A DNA stretch of 28,496 nucleotides from assembly GCF_006345805.1 (NCBI RefSeq), contig NW_021833562.1, positions 1 to 28,496 of the forward strand, in the 5' to 3' direction. The notes beneath the pieces were generated by a model. That model did no database searches, was not told the DNA's origin, and worked only from the letters and a program-made list of their open reading frames with translations. Shown in pieces: positions 11,611 to 21,957 of this stretch (positions within the stretch are counted from its first letter, which is position 1; the number at the start of each line of letters is the position of its first letter). The stretch is from Octopus sinensis (Eukaryota). The translations under genes were made by a program, and so were the position numbers.

Positions 11611-12174
11611 TGTAACTTTCTTTACCATTTTTCTTTTTCTTTCAGAAGGAAGGATATGATTATAGTTGCTATTTCTTTTAGGTCAGACAACCATAAAGAG
11701 ACCCTGTTGTAGCTGATTTCCCACTCATAACCCATGCAAACCAAAGACGCTTGGTTCCTTGAAGTGGTAGAATTTCTTTTACTGTGTAGTTATTCGAGTC
11801 AATTACGAAGATTATCGCTTAGATTATCGCAAAGTAATCCTGCAACCCAATACATCATATATTTAATCTATAATCCACAAGACGGACATCTCATGTAATC
11901 TTTATCTAACTATGCTGGTTTAAGACTAAATATGTTTGTTGAAGAAATCCAATGAGACAGAAACATGACCAAAGTCCTCCCCTTCAGCCAAGACACCATT
12001 TTATTTGTTCGTAATAATATTTTGATTTAAAATTTCAAAGTTGTTTCCCTTGTTTCTTTTGACCAGACTTTTTTTTTTTACTAAGCTTATGATATTTCTC
12101 CACACCCTCATAATGATTGCAATTTAAATTCTAAAATTTTGGCTCATTACATTGATTATGTCAACACCGGTAGT

Positions 12175-12400
12175 TTAACCTTTTCGTTACTGTAATTATT
12201 TTGAGATGCTCTGTGTTTCTGTCAATTACTTTAAATATAACAAAGAATTCAGTAAAATAACTTAGTTATCATGAAGCTAATGTTAGGAACATAAATTGTG
12301 ACTAAGGTTTGGTGGAAGACTTTAATTCCAAAACTTATAAAAACAAGACATTTGTACTCAGAGCCAGAGCTGGTTTCAGCCGGGTTGTGAGAAGAGTTAG
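12175..12400. mobile_element. Decayed TTAA-flanked (piggyBac-type) MITE
   Basis: Left end TTAA|CCTTTTCGTTAC and right end GAGAAGAG|TTAG, with an AT-rich interior. The TIR match is imperfect, and the call partly rests on my recollection of an Octopus repeat. Confidence 0.45.
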
Positions 12401-12949
12401 GTGCGTTTTTTTTTCGTTTTAATAGATTCTGCTCCTTCATAATTTAAGGCACGATAAAAGGAGAAAGGGCAACAGACGAGAGAGGAGTGAAAGACAGGAG
12501 TTGAGTGAGTGAGTGACTGAAGCGACTAAGTGAATGTATGTCAGAGTAACTGAGCATGCATTAATGAATGAGGAAAAATGTTAGGGTGAGTGGAACTAGA
12601 GAGCAAATTAAGAGAGTGAGAGCAAGTTGAGTGAATGTGATTGAGTGAAAGAGCAAATGTGTGTGCGTGAGCAAACGAGCGAAAAGTCGTATGAGTAAAA
12701 CGAGCGAATGTGTGAATGAATGAATGAGCGAATGTGATTCTTTGCCTATCGTGAATGGGCAAATATCTGTTTGTGTATGTATGAATATACGCGCGCGCGT
12801 GAGTGTGTGAGTATGTGTGTGTGTGTGTGTGTACGTGCGTGCGTGCGTGCGTGTGAATGCCAATATCTCTCCGCATCCGTAAGACTACGAAAAGAAAAAC
12901 ACTTAAGATCAAGTCTGAATTATTTAGCTATTCTATTGTGTTTACTCAA

Positions 12950-13249
12950 TCTCTCTATCTATCAATCTATCTATCTATCTGTTTGCCTATCTATCTGTTT
13001 GCCTGTCTATCTGTTTGCCTGCCTATCTGTTTGCCTGCCTGTCCGTCCCCATCTACTATTCTATCCGTCCGCCTATGTCCTGTCCTGCCTGTCTGTTTGC
13101 TATCTGTTATCTATCCTGTCTGTCTGCCTGTTCACTGTCTGTCTGTTCACTGTCTGTTTGTTCACTGTATGTTCACTGTCTGTTTGTTCACTGTCTGTTT
13201 GTTCACTGTTTGTTCACTGTCTGTTCACTGTCTGTTCACTGTCTGTTCA

Positions 13250-13306
<57 letters not shown>

Positions 13307-13380
13307 TGTCTGTCTGTCTGTCTGTTTGTTTGTCTATCCATTTATGTGTCTATCTATCTGTCTATCTTAACTATCTATCC
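12950..13380. repeat. Compound (CTAT)n/(CTGT)n/(CCTG)n microsatellite containing an 11/15-bp minisatellite
   Basis: Read directly; GTTCAC cores at 13130, 13145, 13160, 13171, 13186, 13201, 13212, 13223, 13234 and 13245. Confidence 0.95.
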
Positions 13381-14074
13381 AACAACCACCACCTCACTCG
13401 CCAAAAGAAATTTTTAGAGTAACACAGTCAAAAATTAAAAGCACATCGTCCCCACCATCATCCACACATACACAAACGCATCCTTTTATTATTATTTTTT
13501 TTGTTTGTTATTTTCCATCCTATCCCATCGTAGCCTCACCTGATTGGAAAATGCATTTAAATCCGAAAATTTCCACCAACAGATCACCACACCACCACCA
13601 CCACCACCATCACCATCATCACAACCATCACCAGCATCACTGACAACATGGCTTTTTACTCATCCTCTTTCATCACAGACAAAAATCACTGCTGCTGCTG
13701 CTGTTACTTGCTTTGCTACCTTACGAAAAGCTAAGGAAGCTGCGAAACCATGGCAACGATTGTGCTCAATGATATGAACAAAAAAAAGAAGAAAAAAAAG
13801 AAGAAAAAAAGAAAAAAAGAAAATGCCCGACAAAAATCAAGAAAAATACACAGAAAATGAACTAAAATAGCGCGGTGATTATGTATGCATAGGTGTGTGA
13901 TTGTGGCGTGCGCGTGTGTGAGTGTATATATTATGCAGCGTGTATGTAAATTTGAACGTGAAATTGGGTTTGTGAACAAGCGTGTATATATTGCATGTGA
14001 CTGTCTTATCGCCCGTAACATAACTGTGCTTATAGTTTTTCGCGAGAACGAATATACATACTTAGAAACACAGA

Positions 14075-14077
14075 AAT

Positions 14078-14116
<39 letters not shown>

Positions 14117-14406
14117 CCACACACACACCACACATATATATTACACACACACACACATATATACACACACACACACACATTACACACACATATACACACA
14201 CATATCACACACAACACACACATATACACACACCATATATACACCACATATACATACACACAGACATATATATATATATATATAATATATATATAATATA
14301 TAGACACAGACAGACACACATGCATACTCACGCTTGTGTGGATGTGTGTTTTACTTAGAACACACATAAATATATACACACACACACATATATATATATA
14401 GGGAGG

Positions 14407-14438
<32 letters not shown>

Positions 14439-14480
14439 AGACACACACATGCATACTCACGCTTGTGTGGATGTGTGTGA
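14075..14480. repeat. Compound (CA)n/(TA)n/(GA)n tract with a 36-bp duplicated segment
   Basis: acacacatgcatactcacgcttgtgtggatgtgtgt at 14314-14349 and 14443-14478. Confidence 0.9.
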
Positions 14481-15000
14481 AATTTTTGAGTGTGACAGCG
14501 TGACCGGTAATGACATTGTGACTATACATGAGAGAGAGAGAAGGGGGGGGGGAACGAAGAGAGAGATAGAGATAGAGGGATAGGCAAAGAAGAAGAGACA
14601 GCGAGTGAGAGAGAGAGAGAGTAGAATGAATGGTGCGACTACTCATGCGTCGTGCGTACGTGAACGAGCAAACTGAAGGATCTGAGTTTGTAGTTTAATG
14701 ACGGCGAAGGAAGAAGTGTTGGCAATGATGGCGGCGGTGGTGGTGGTCTTAAGGGTTGATGGCCGCGGTAGGGGGGAGGAGGTTAAGGTCGGGGGTGACG
14801 AGACGAAAAGATCAAAACAAACATCACGAACGTCGAACACTACAAAGATAATGACTGTTAACAAACATTACTCAATCAGTGGGCCCCTTGGTGGGATTTA
14901 TTTTTTGGTGGTGGTTTTAAACAAAAACGTTTTCGTTTAGTGAGTGGCTCGCTTCTTTTTTTTTTTCTTTCCCTTTGTTTTCGCATTTTAAGTACATATA

Positions 15001-15036
<36 letters not shown>

Positions 15037-15213
15037 GGGATCGAAACTGGGGCTGAGGTGTTTTTTGATGTTTGCTTTTTGCATTATTGTTTTGTACTTT
15101 CGTTTTATTTTGTAGTTATTCACTTCGCACCAATACTAATATTCACTATAAAACCCATTATTATCATTATCTGCAACAACAAGAACGAATCCATATAAAG
15201 GAGTTGGCTCTGT

Positions 15214-15269
15214 GTTGCTGACAGACCTACCAGAAATAACTGCCAAATACCTTCAAATCATACACTACC
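15214..15269 (+). repeat. Remnant of dispersed repeat D
   Basis: gacctaccagaaataactgccaaataccttcaaatcatacac matches the D motif. Confidence 0.55.
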
Positions 15270-15479
15270 TTCCATAAAAGAAAAAAAAAAATGAAATAGC
15301 CTTACGCAAATTTTAATTTACTTTTCAGCTTCGCAAATGAATTATATCAGAAATCAATAATAATAACCGGGTGATCCTTCGGTATAGGTCTCTTCAGTGC
15401 CGGTATGAGGAGACATCATTTCTTCTCCTTTTCAGCTTAGTCGTGAAGGAAGGATGTGTGGGTGAATGATGCCGTGTAC

Positions 15480-15620
15480 TAATGATCCTTTCCTACTATA
15501 GGCACAAAACCCGAAATTTGGGGTAGGGGACCACTAGTCGATTACGTCGGCCCCAGTGCATAACTGGTAGTTATTTTATCGACACCGAAAGGATGAAAGG
15601 TAAAATAGACCTCGGTGGAA
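15480..15620 (-). mobile_element. Family B SINE, copy B1 (5'-truncated)
   Basis: Shares the core and the (TTA)-type tail with B2 and B4; stops before the tRNA head. Confidence 0.85.
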
Positions 15621-15622
15621 AA

Positions 15623-15823
15623 ATAATGATAATCCTTTATAATTTAGGCAAAAGGCCTGAAATTTTGGGAGAGGGGCTAGCCCATTACATCGACTTTCAA
15701 TGTTACTTAATATATCGACCCCGAACGGATAACAATCAAAGTCGATCTCAGCAGAATTTGAACTCAGAACGTAAAGACGGAGGAAATGCTGCTGAACATT
15801 TTATCCGGCGTACTAACGACTTT
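15623..15823 (-). mobile_element. Family B SINE, copy B2 (diverged)
   Basis: B-box-like GAGTTCAAATTC on the minus strand; core has a small deletion; same tail as B1 and B4. Confidence 0.85.
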
Positions 15824-15892
15824 GATAATAATAATATAATAATAATAATAATGCTCTCTCACTTTGAATTCTTCGTAAGTTCTCTTCCAACA

Positions 15893-16123
15893 TATTTCTT
15901 TATTACCCACAAGGGGCTAAACATAGAGGGGACAAACAAGGACAGACATAGGTATTAAGTCGATTACATCGACCCCAATGCGTAACTGGTACTTAATTTA
16001 TCGACCCCGAAAGGATGAAAGGCAAAGTCGACCTCGGCGGAATTTGAACTCACAACGTAACGACAGACGAAATACCGCAAAGCATTTCGACCGGTATGCT
16101 AACGCTTCTGCCAGCTCGCCGCC
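15893..16123 (-). mobile_element. Family B SINE, copy B3 (full length, variant 3' tail)
   Basis: Starts GGCGGCGAGCTGGCAGAA on the minus strand, with B-box GAGTTCAAATTCC. Exact 11-bp TSD CTCTTCCAACA at 15882-15892 and 16124-16134. Confidence 0.93.
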
Positions 16124-16789
16124 CTCTTCCAACACGCCACACAAACATATTCAAAATAACGGTTATTGAGTCTTCGCAACACATACGATGGCGTAATGCT
16201 TTGCCATTGAAAGTATGGTAAGATGTTATATGAAATATCTCGTTACTTATGCAACAAAAAAAATATATATATAAGTCTTCTTGTTTGTCTGGCAATTATA
16301 ACTTTTCACAAGAATCCGTCTCGGCAAAGATGACTGACAATTAGTGGTCGTAGATTAACTGAAAGTTGAAGCTGGGTCAAGTGTTGTTTAGTGAAATTCT
16401 AGTACAAGACACCAGCGAAAGTGAGGAGAGAAAAGAAAAGAAAATGATAAATTGCAAATAGAAACTCGACAGGAAATGTCAACTTTGGCTAGTGTGAATA
16501 CGCTGCTAACTTATTTCACATTCTTCATTGAAAAACAAAACGTAGTCCCAGATATACAAAAGGAATGAATCGTTAAGTCTTGAATTAGTTTGATCATAGG
16601 CGTAGGAGTGGCTGTGTGGTAAGTAGCTTGCTTACCAGCCTCGTGGTTCCGGGTTCAGTCCCACTGCGTGGCACCTTGGGCAGGTGTCTTCTACTATAGC
16701 CTCTCGAGCCGACCAAAGCCTTGTGAGTGGATTTGGTAGACGGAAACTGAAAGAAGCCCGTCGCATATATATATATATATATATATATA

Positions 16790-16986
16790 AAGTTAATCCA
16801 AACAAGAAAGCACAAAAAAAACACAACAACGCGAGGACGTGGAACAAATATAGTATTATTGGACGCTCAGGAAAGAGGGAGGGTTTAACGTTTCGAGCGG
16901 AGCTCTTCGTCGGAAACATAGAAGGAAAGATCCAGAGAAGGGAAGACAGAGGGAAAAAAAATCGCCAACGGTACGCACGAGGTCAC
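16790..16986 (-). mobile_element. Penelope-like retroelement terminal fragment nested in SINE A5
   Basis: Absent from all other A copies. Carries the ACGTTTCG...CTCTTCGTCGG signature typical of the hammerhead-bearing ends of Penelope-like elements. The family assignment is an inference. Confidence 0.6.
16883..16917 (-). ncRNA. Minimal type I hammerhead-ribozyme-like motif
   Basis: Minus strand reads GUUU-CCGACGA-A-GAGC-UCC-GCUC-GAAAC-GUU-AAAC: helix I GUUU/AAAC, helix II GAGC/GCUC, and palindromic AACGUU for helix III. Deviations are U4->C and an extra A after A9. Confidence 0.55.
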
Positions 16987-17352
16987 GTGTGTGTCAGTGT
17001 GTCCCCCAACATCGCTTGACAACTGATACTGGTGTGTTTACGTCCCCGTAACTTAGCGGTTCGGCAAAAAGAGACCGATAGAATAAAGTACTAGGCTTAC
17101 AAAGAATAAGTCCTAAGGTCGATTTGCTCGACTAAAGGCGGTGCCCCAGCATGGCCACAGTCAAATGACTGAAACAAGTGAAAGAGTAAAAGAACAGGTT
17201 TGTCTGATTGACGGTTGACCAGAGGATGAACAACACCAAGAGCAACAAGGGTCCAATGTCCAGTTAGAAAGGGGTTGCTCATTAAAGTATACAGTCTCTT
17301 GAAAGAAAAAAATTAAGGGCAGAAAACAGTGATGTCTTAGGTATATTATTCT

Positions 17353-17730
17353 CGCAGGAGTGGCTGTGTGGTAAGTAGCTTGCTAACCAACCACATGGTT
17401 CTGGGTTCAATCCCACTGCGTGGCATCTTGTGAGTGGATTTGGTAGACGGAAACTGAAAGAAGCCTGTCGTATATATGTATATATATATGTATGTCTGTG
17501 TGTGTGTGTGTGTTTGTGTGTCTGTGTTTGTCCCCCTAGCATTGCTTGGCAACCGATGCTGGTGTGTGTTTACGTCCCCGTCACCTAGCGGTTCGGCAAA
17601 AGAGACCGATGGAATAAGTACTGGGCTTACAAAGAATAAGTCCCGGGGTCGATTTGCTCAACTAAAGGCGGTGCTCCAGCATGACCGCAGTCAAATGACT
17701 GAAACAAGCAAAAGAGTAAAGAGTAAGAGA
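17353..17730 (+). mobile_element. Family A SINE, copy A6 (43-bp internal deletion)
   Basis: Head lacks the segment between two CTTG motifs (junction 17427-17430); tail is intact. Confidence 0.92.
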
Positions 17731-18004
17731 ATGTTCATTCAGCTTTAAACAATAAAAACCATCACCATCATGATTGTCAATCTCAATTATCATTATCAGT
17801 GCCAACAACAATCCATAGAATCACTGCCAGTCTAAACAATCACCAAACTACCTCTACCACCACGAGTACGGGTTTTTCTACTATTACTACTGCTACTGCC
17901 ACGACTACCATTTTTCTGAACGCTTATCAAAAACAATCGCCTTAATTTAGTATTGCGAAGTCGAATCATTTATGCCGTGAGTTCTCACGCGGGTAAAAAT
18001 AGCT

Positions 18005-18422
18005 AAAAAAAAAGGGGGGGGGGAAGAAAAGGTGGGAAAAAGGGAAAAAGAAAAGGTGGGAAAAAAGGAAAGTGTGGATGGTAGAGGAAAAAAAAAATAT
18101 TAGGGGGAAAAATGAAAAAAATATATATAAAAGATAAAGACAAAAAGAGAAAAAGAAATAAGCCGAGGGCGAGGAAAAGGAATGAAATTGGATGTAGAAA
18201 GAAGAGTGTAGTTAGGTGGATTGGTGAGAGAAGTGGTTATGGGGGTGGGGTGCTGAGGTAGTTGATGGTATCGGGTGGAGGAAGAGGAGGAGATTGAAGT
18301 AGGGGGTGTGAAGTATGGGATGTATTTGATGAGACGAAAAGAAGAAAAAAATTGTATTTGGAACCAAAGAAAGGTGGAAGATGAATGGAAGGAAGGTGAG
18401 AGAGAGAGAGAGAGAGAGAGTG

Positions 18423-18454
<32 letters not shown>

Positions 18455-18620
18455 TGAGTGATAGATAGATAGATAGATGGGGAGAGAGAGAGAGAGAGAT
18501 AATGAGAACTAAAAGAGAAAGTGAAAGGCTTGAGATGAGTGTGAGAGAAAGTGGGGTGGGGCTGTGAAAAAGAAAGAGAGCAAGAACGCTGGAGAAAAAG
18601 GTGAGAAATTCATTCGTGTT
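18005..18620. repeat. Purine-rich low-complexity tract with (GA)n/(GATA)n
   Basis: Strong A/G bias on the + strand. Confidence 0.75.
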
Positions 18621-18659
18621 TTGTGTTCCCAATAACCTTAGTATTGTTTTCAATTCACG

Positions 18660-18700
<41 letters not shown>

Positions 18701-18801
18701 CACACAACGATCCCCCTTTTTTTTTTTTTTTTCAAATTCCTGGAAGTTTTTCCACTTCTGCGCCAAACTAAAGCATCTGACTTTTAATATCGGTAACTTA
18801 C

Positions 18802-18845
18802 TCGGCGGCCCATGGACAAAAGAGAGGTGTGACTTAGTGCAAAGA
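18802..18845 (-). CDS. Candidate 44-nt exon (xLCTKSHLSFVHGPPx, or ending ...MGRR)
   Basis: Acceptor ttgcttgcttttaccacag and consensus donor CGA|GTAAGT; two frames are open. No homology recognised. Confidence 0.15.
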
Positions 18846-18949
18846 CTGTGGTAAAAGCAAGCAATGTATTATTATAAAGGGATTCAGAACAAAAGAAGTG
18901 GGGGGAAAAAACCCCATTGTACATGTTTATTGTTTCGTTTTGCTTTTAT

Positions 18950-19006
18950 TTTTTGCTTTTTATTGGGTTCATTCACTGAACTGAGGCCACGCTGGGGCAC
19001 CGCCTT
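18950..19006 (-). mobile_element. Remnant of a family A SINE tail
   Basis: ctgaggccacgctggggcaccgcctt matches the A-tail reverse complement ctgcggccatgctggagcaccgcctt. Confidence 0.7.
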
Positions 19007-19235
19007 CAAATGGATTTTCTAAATCCATTGAAACAATATCGTTCTGTTATATATTTTATCAATACCATGTGGTATTGTTTTAAATGACCAACAGGCCACG
19101 GCTTTCATAAAGGGACGTAACTCAATGCCGGCTTATCCTAGTAATTAAATACACAAAAGCATACATACATACACAATGCAAACACGTGTGTATGATCCAT
19201 CACAAAATTTAGAATTCAGCAGCAGTATTTAACAC

Positions 19236-19470
19236 CCATGTTCCATGCTGGCATGGAACATGGACGGTTCGAAAGGGTCCGGTGGGCCCAAATACTGCAT
19301 CGTGCGTCAATGCCCCTTTGGCATGGTTTCTACAGCTGGATGCTTTTCCCAACATCAACCACTATGCAATGCGTACTGAGAGCCTCTATTTTATTATTTT
19401 TTCTTGCCACCGGCACTAGAGAGGTCACCGTACAGCTTGCAAGACCACGAACCCCGAGTGCGTATGGGAA
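19236..19470. repeat. Probable degenerate interspersed repeat fragment
   Basis: Contains ccatgctggcatgg and ttggcatggtttctacagctggatgc motifs that I recall from an abundant Octopus repeat; there is no second copy in the window. Confidence 0.35.
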
Positions 19471-19490
19471 ATTTTTATACTTGAAGTATA

Positions 19491-19648
19491 AGCGCAGGTG
19501 TGGTTGTGTGTTAAGAAGCTTGCTCCCCAACCACATGGTTCAGGGTTCAGTTCCACTGCGTGGTACCTCCGGCAAGTATCTTCTCTTATAGCCTCATGTT
19601 TTTGTTTGTCCCCCACCCCATCACCACTTGACAACCGATTTTGGTGAG
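19491..19648 (+). mobile_element. Family A SINE, copy A7 (diverged, internally deleted, 3'-truncated)
   Basis: Head runs to tatagcctc and is then joined directly to the tail start gtttgtcccccac...ttgacaaccga. Confidence 0.85.
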
Positions 19649-19649
19649 T

Positions 19650-19750
19650 TAATATTATTAGGAACTGTATATATAAAAATAAGTAAAAGTATGACCCCAA
19701 GGATCATATGGAACCCCAAGGGTCATGTTGACCCCTGTTTAAAATCACTA
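19650..19750. mobile_element. Right end of a second hAT/Charlie-like MITE copy
   Basis: aatattattaggaactgtatatataaaaat aligns with aatattataagaaattgtatttcaaaaatt near 5610. ccaagggtc is shared. Terminus TGTTTAAAATCACTA (19736-19750). Confidence 0.55.
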
Positions 19751-19854
19751 CCCTAAATACACTTCTTTTACAAGTTCAGTTGATTGCAATATCATTCCTA
19801 CAGAATTCCTCCCAAACTAGCAACCCACAACCTCCTTCTAGTATAAAACATCTG

Positions 19855-20157
19855 GGATCTTTTCGGTTTGAACGGCAGTTTTTTTTCTAGCGGTGTCATA
19901 TGAAATTGTCACCCATAATTATGACCCTAGTATCGATCTATGGCATTTCAATCTGTTTTATGGTTAGGGTTAGGGTGGGGGAAAGGGTATCTTTTTTCCT
20001 CACAAATGTAAATAAACCCAATCTGTTTTTTAAACGAGGGACATATTCATACGGCACAGAATGTTTTCACCTCAATAGACGTCATTGATTGGTTGAAATT
20101 GCAGAAATTTAAGAAAAAACAACAACAAATATCTTGCCGTTCAAACCGAAAAGATCC
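19855..20157. mobile_element. Intact 303-bp MITE with perfect 23-bp TIRs and an 8-bp TSD
   Basis: TIR GGATCTTTTCGGTTTGAACGGCA (19855-19877) and its exact reverse complement (20135-20157). TSD AACATCTG at 19847-19854 and 20158-20165. Confidence 0.95.
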
Positions 20158-20650
20158 AACATCTGCGCAAAAGCCAACTCTTTTCGAAATTACTCATTAT
20201 CATCAATAACCTATAGTTTTAGTTATGAATGAAATTTTGTAACCATGGTGCTCCACTAAGTTTATATGCAGTAAATTTACAAGGATGAACAAGATTTGTT
20301 GATTGAAAGTAGCAGAGAGAGCTTTGAGCATCTGGCAACAATACACGAAATACTGGTTCTTTCCAGGTAGTCTCAACGTTTAGTCTTAGTTATTGCAGCT
20401 CAAAGAAGAGATGAGCTGTTCTGGAAGAAAACAAGTCTGCCAAAATAAACAACGATGACGACAACAACAACAACAATAAATAACGGAACAAAGTATGTCT
20501 AAATGAACGAAAAAATTTATCATTATTATTATTATTATTGTTGTTGTGAATATTTATATGTTAAAGAGGTAAAAAATGCCAAGGCAAACATTTTAAGAAC
20601 TGTGACAATGTATTTATAAAATATGTTAAGATGATAAAGAGGAATTTCGA

Positions 20651-20744
<94 letters not shown>

Positions 20745-21221
20745 ACTGTAGAAAAAAAGGTGGGTGGGGGGAAGAAAAAAGGGAAAACTACACAATCAGT
20801 CTGCTTCTAGATTTACGCAGATACACGTCATCAATTTTGCTGTGATACCAGCCTCCGCGGCGACGAGGGAAGACGGATAAAGAAGAAGTAGTTGAAAAGA
20901 AGAAGCAAGTGGGGGGGGGGAGAAGAAGAAAAAAAAAAATCGATGTAAATAACTATTGTACCTTCTTCGAGATCTTATCTGCGGTGGGATCATAAAACTG
21001 TAGTAAAAAGTTGTAAAATAAAATTAAAAAAAAAAGACGAAAACAAAATTGCTTTTCCATTTTACCATCCAGAATGCTGGATATTCGCAATAACAAATTC
21101 CCCTCCCCTCACTCCACCCCTTTCTCTCTCTCCATCTCTCCCCATCCACTCTTTCGCTCTTAACCTACATGCCATTCGACCCTTAATGAGGGAACATCTT
21201 ACTCAGTCGCTCGACTTATTA

Positions 21222-21957
21222 AAAACAACAGCCAAATTTCCTTCAAGTCACTAAATTAAGAAAAGCACATTAAGAAATATAGTCCTAGATACACATAACA
21301 GTCAGCTGTTTTCTGCTGGAATAAGAGAGTAACTTCAATCATCCAAAACAACAGCCAAATTTCCTTCAAGTCACTAAATTAAGAAAAGCACATTAAGAAA
21401 TATAGTCCTAGATACACATAACAGTCAGCTGTTTTCTGCTGGAATAAGAGAGTAACTTCAATCATCCAAAACAACAGCCAAATTTCCTTCAAGTCACTAA
21501 ATTAAGAAAAGCACATTAAGAAATATAGTCCTAGATACACATAACAGTCAGCTGTTTTCTGCTGGAATAAGAGAGTAACTTCAATCATCCAAAACAACAG
21601 CCAAATTTCCTTCAGGTCACTAAATTAAGAAAAGCACATTAAGAAATATAGTCCTAGATACACATAACAGTCAGCTGTTTTCTGCTGGAATAAGAGAGTA
21701 ACTTCAATCATCCAAAACAACAGCCAAATTTCCTTCAGGTCACTAAATTAAGAAAAGCACATTAAGAAATATAGTCCTAGATACACATAACAGTCAGCTG
21801 TTTTCTGCTGGAATAAGAGAGTAACTTCAATCATCCAAAACAACAGCCAAATTTCCTTCAGGTCACTAAATTAAGAAAAGCACATTAAGAAATATAGTCC
21901 TAGATACACATAACAGTCAGCTGTTTTCTGCTGGAATGAGAGTAACTTTAATCATCC
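21222..21957. repeat. Tandem array of 6 x 123-bp units
   Basis: Units start at 21222, 21345, 21468, 21591, 21714 and 21837. They are nearly identical; the last is 121 bp. No ORF spans the array. Confidence 0.97.

Larger units (their letters stand above)
16598..17193 (+). mobile_element. Family A SINE, copy A5, with a nested insertion
   Basis: Head 16598-16763 and tail 16987-17193 are intact, separated by (AT)n and a 197-bp foreign segment. Confidence 0.92.

Noticed and set aside
16339-16398. Minus-strand segment that, joined to MGRR, gives RRNFTKQ, like the PBX homeodomain arm
   Set aside because: Similarity ends immediately (HLTQL versus ATEIL), the donor is weak, and no helix 3 motif is present.
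2035-18610. Scattered GTGRGAA (CSL/Su(H)) motifs
   Set aside because: The number seen is about what chance predicts for a 7-mer in 28 kb.
20284-20370. Open stretch DEQDLLIESSRESFEHLATIHEILVLSR on the + strand
   Set aside because: Splice signals are weak, the following putative intron would be about 32 nt, and no homology is recognised.
21222-21957. Tandem array as a CRISPR array or coding repeat
   Set aside because: There are no variable spacers, the context is eukaryotic, and no ORF crosses the units.
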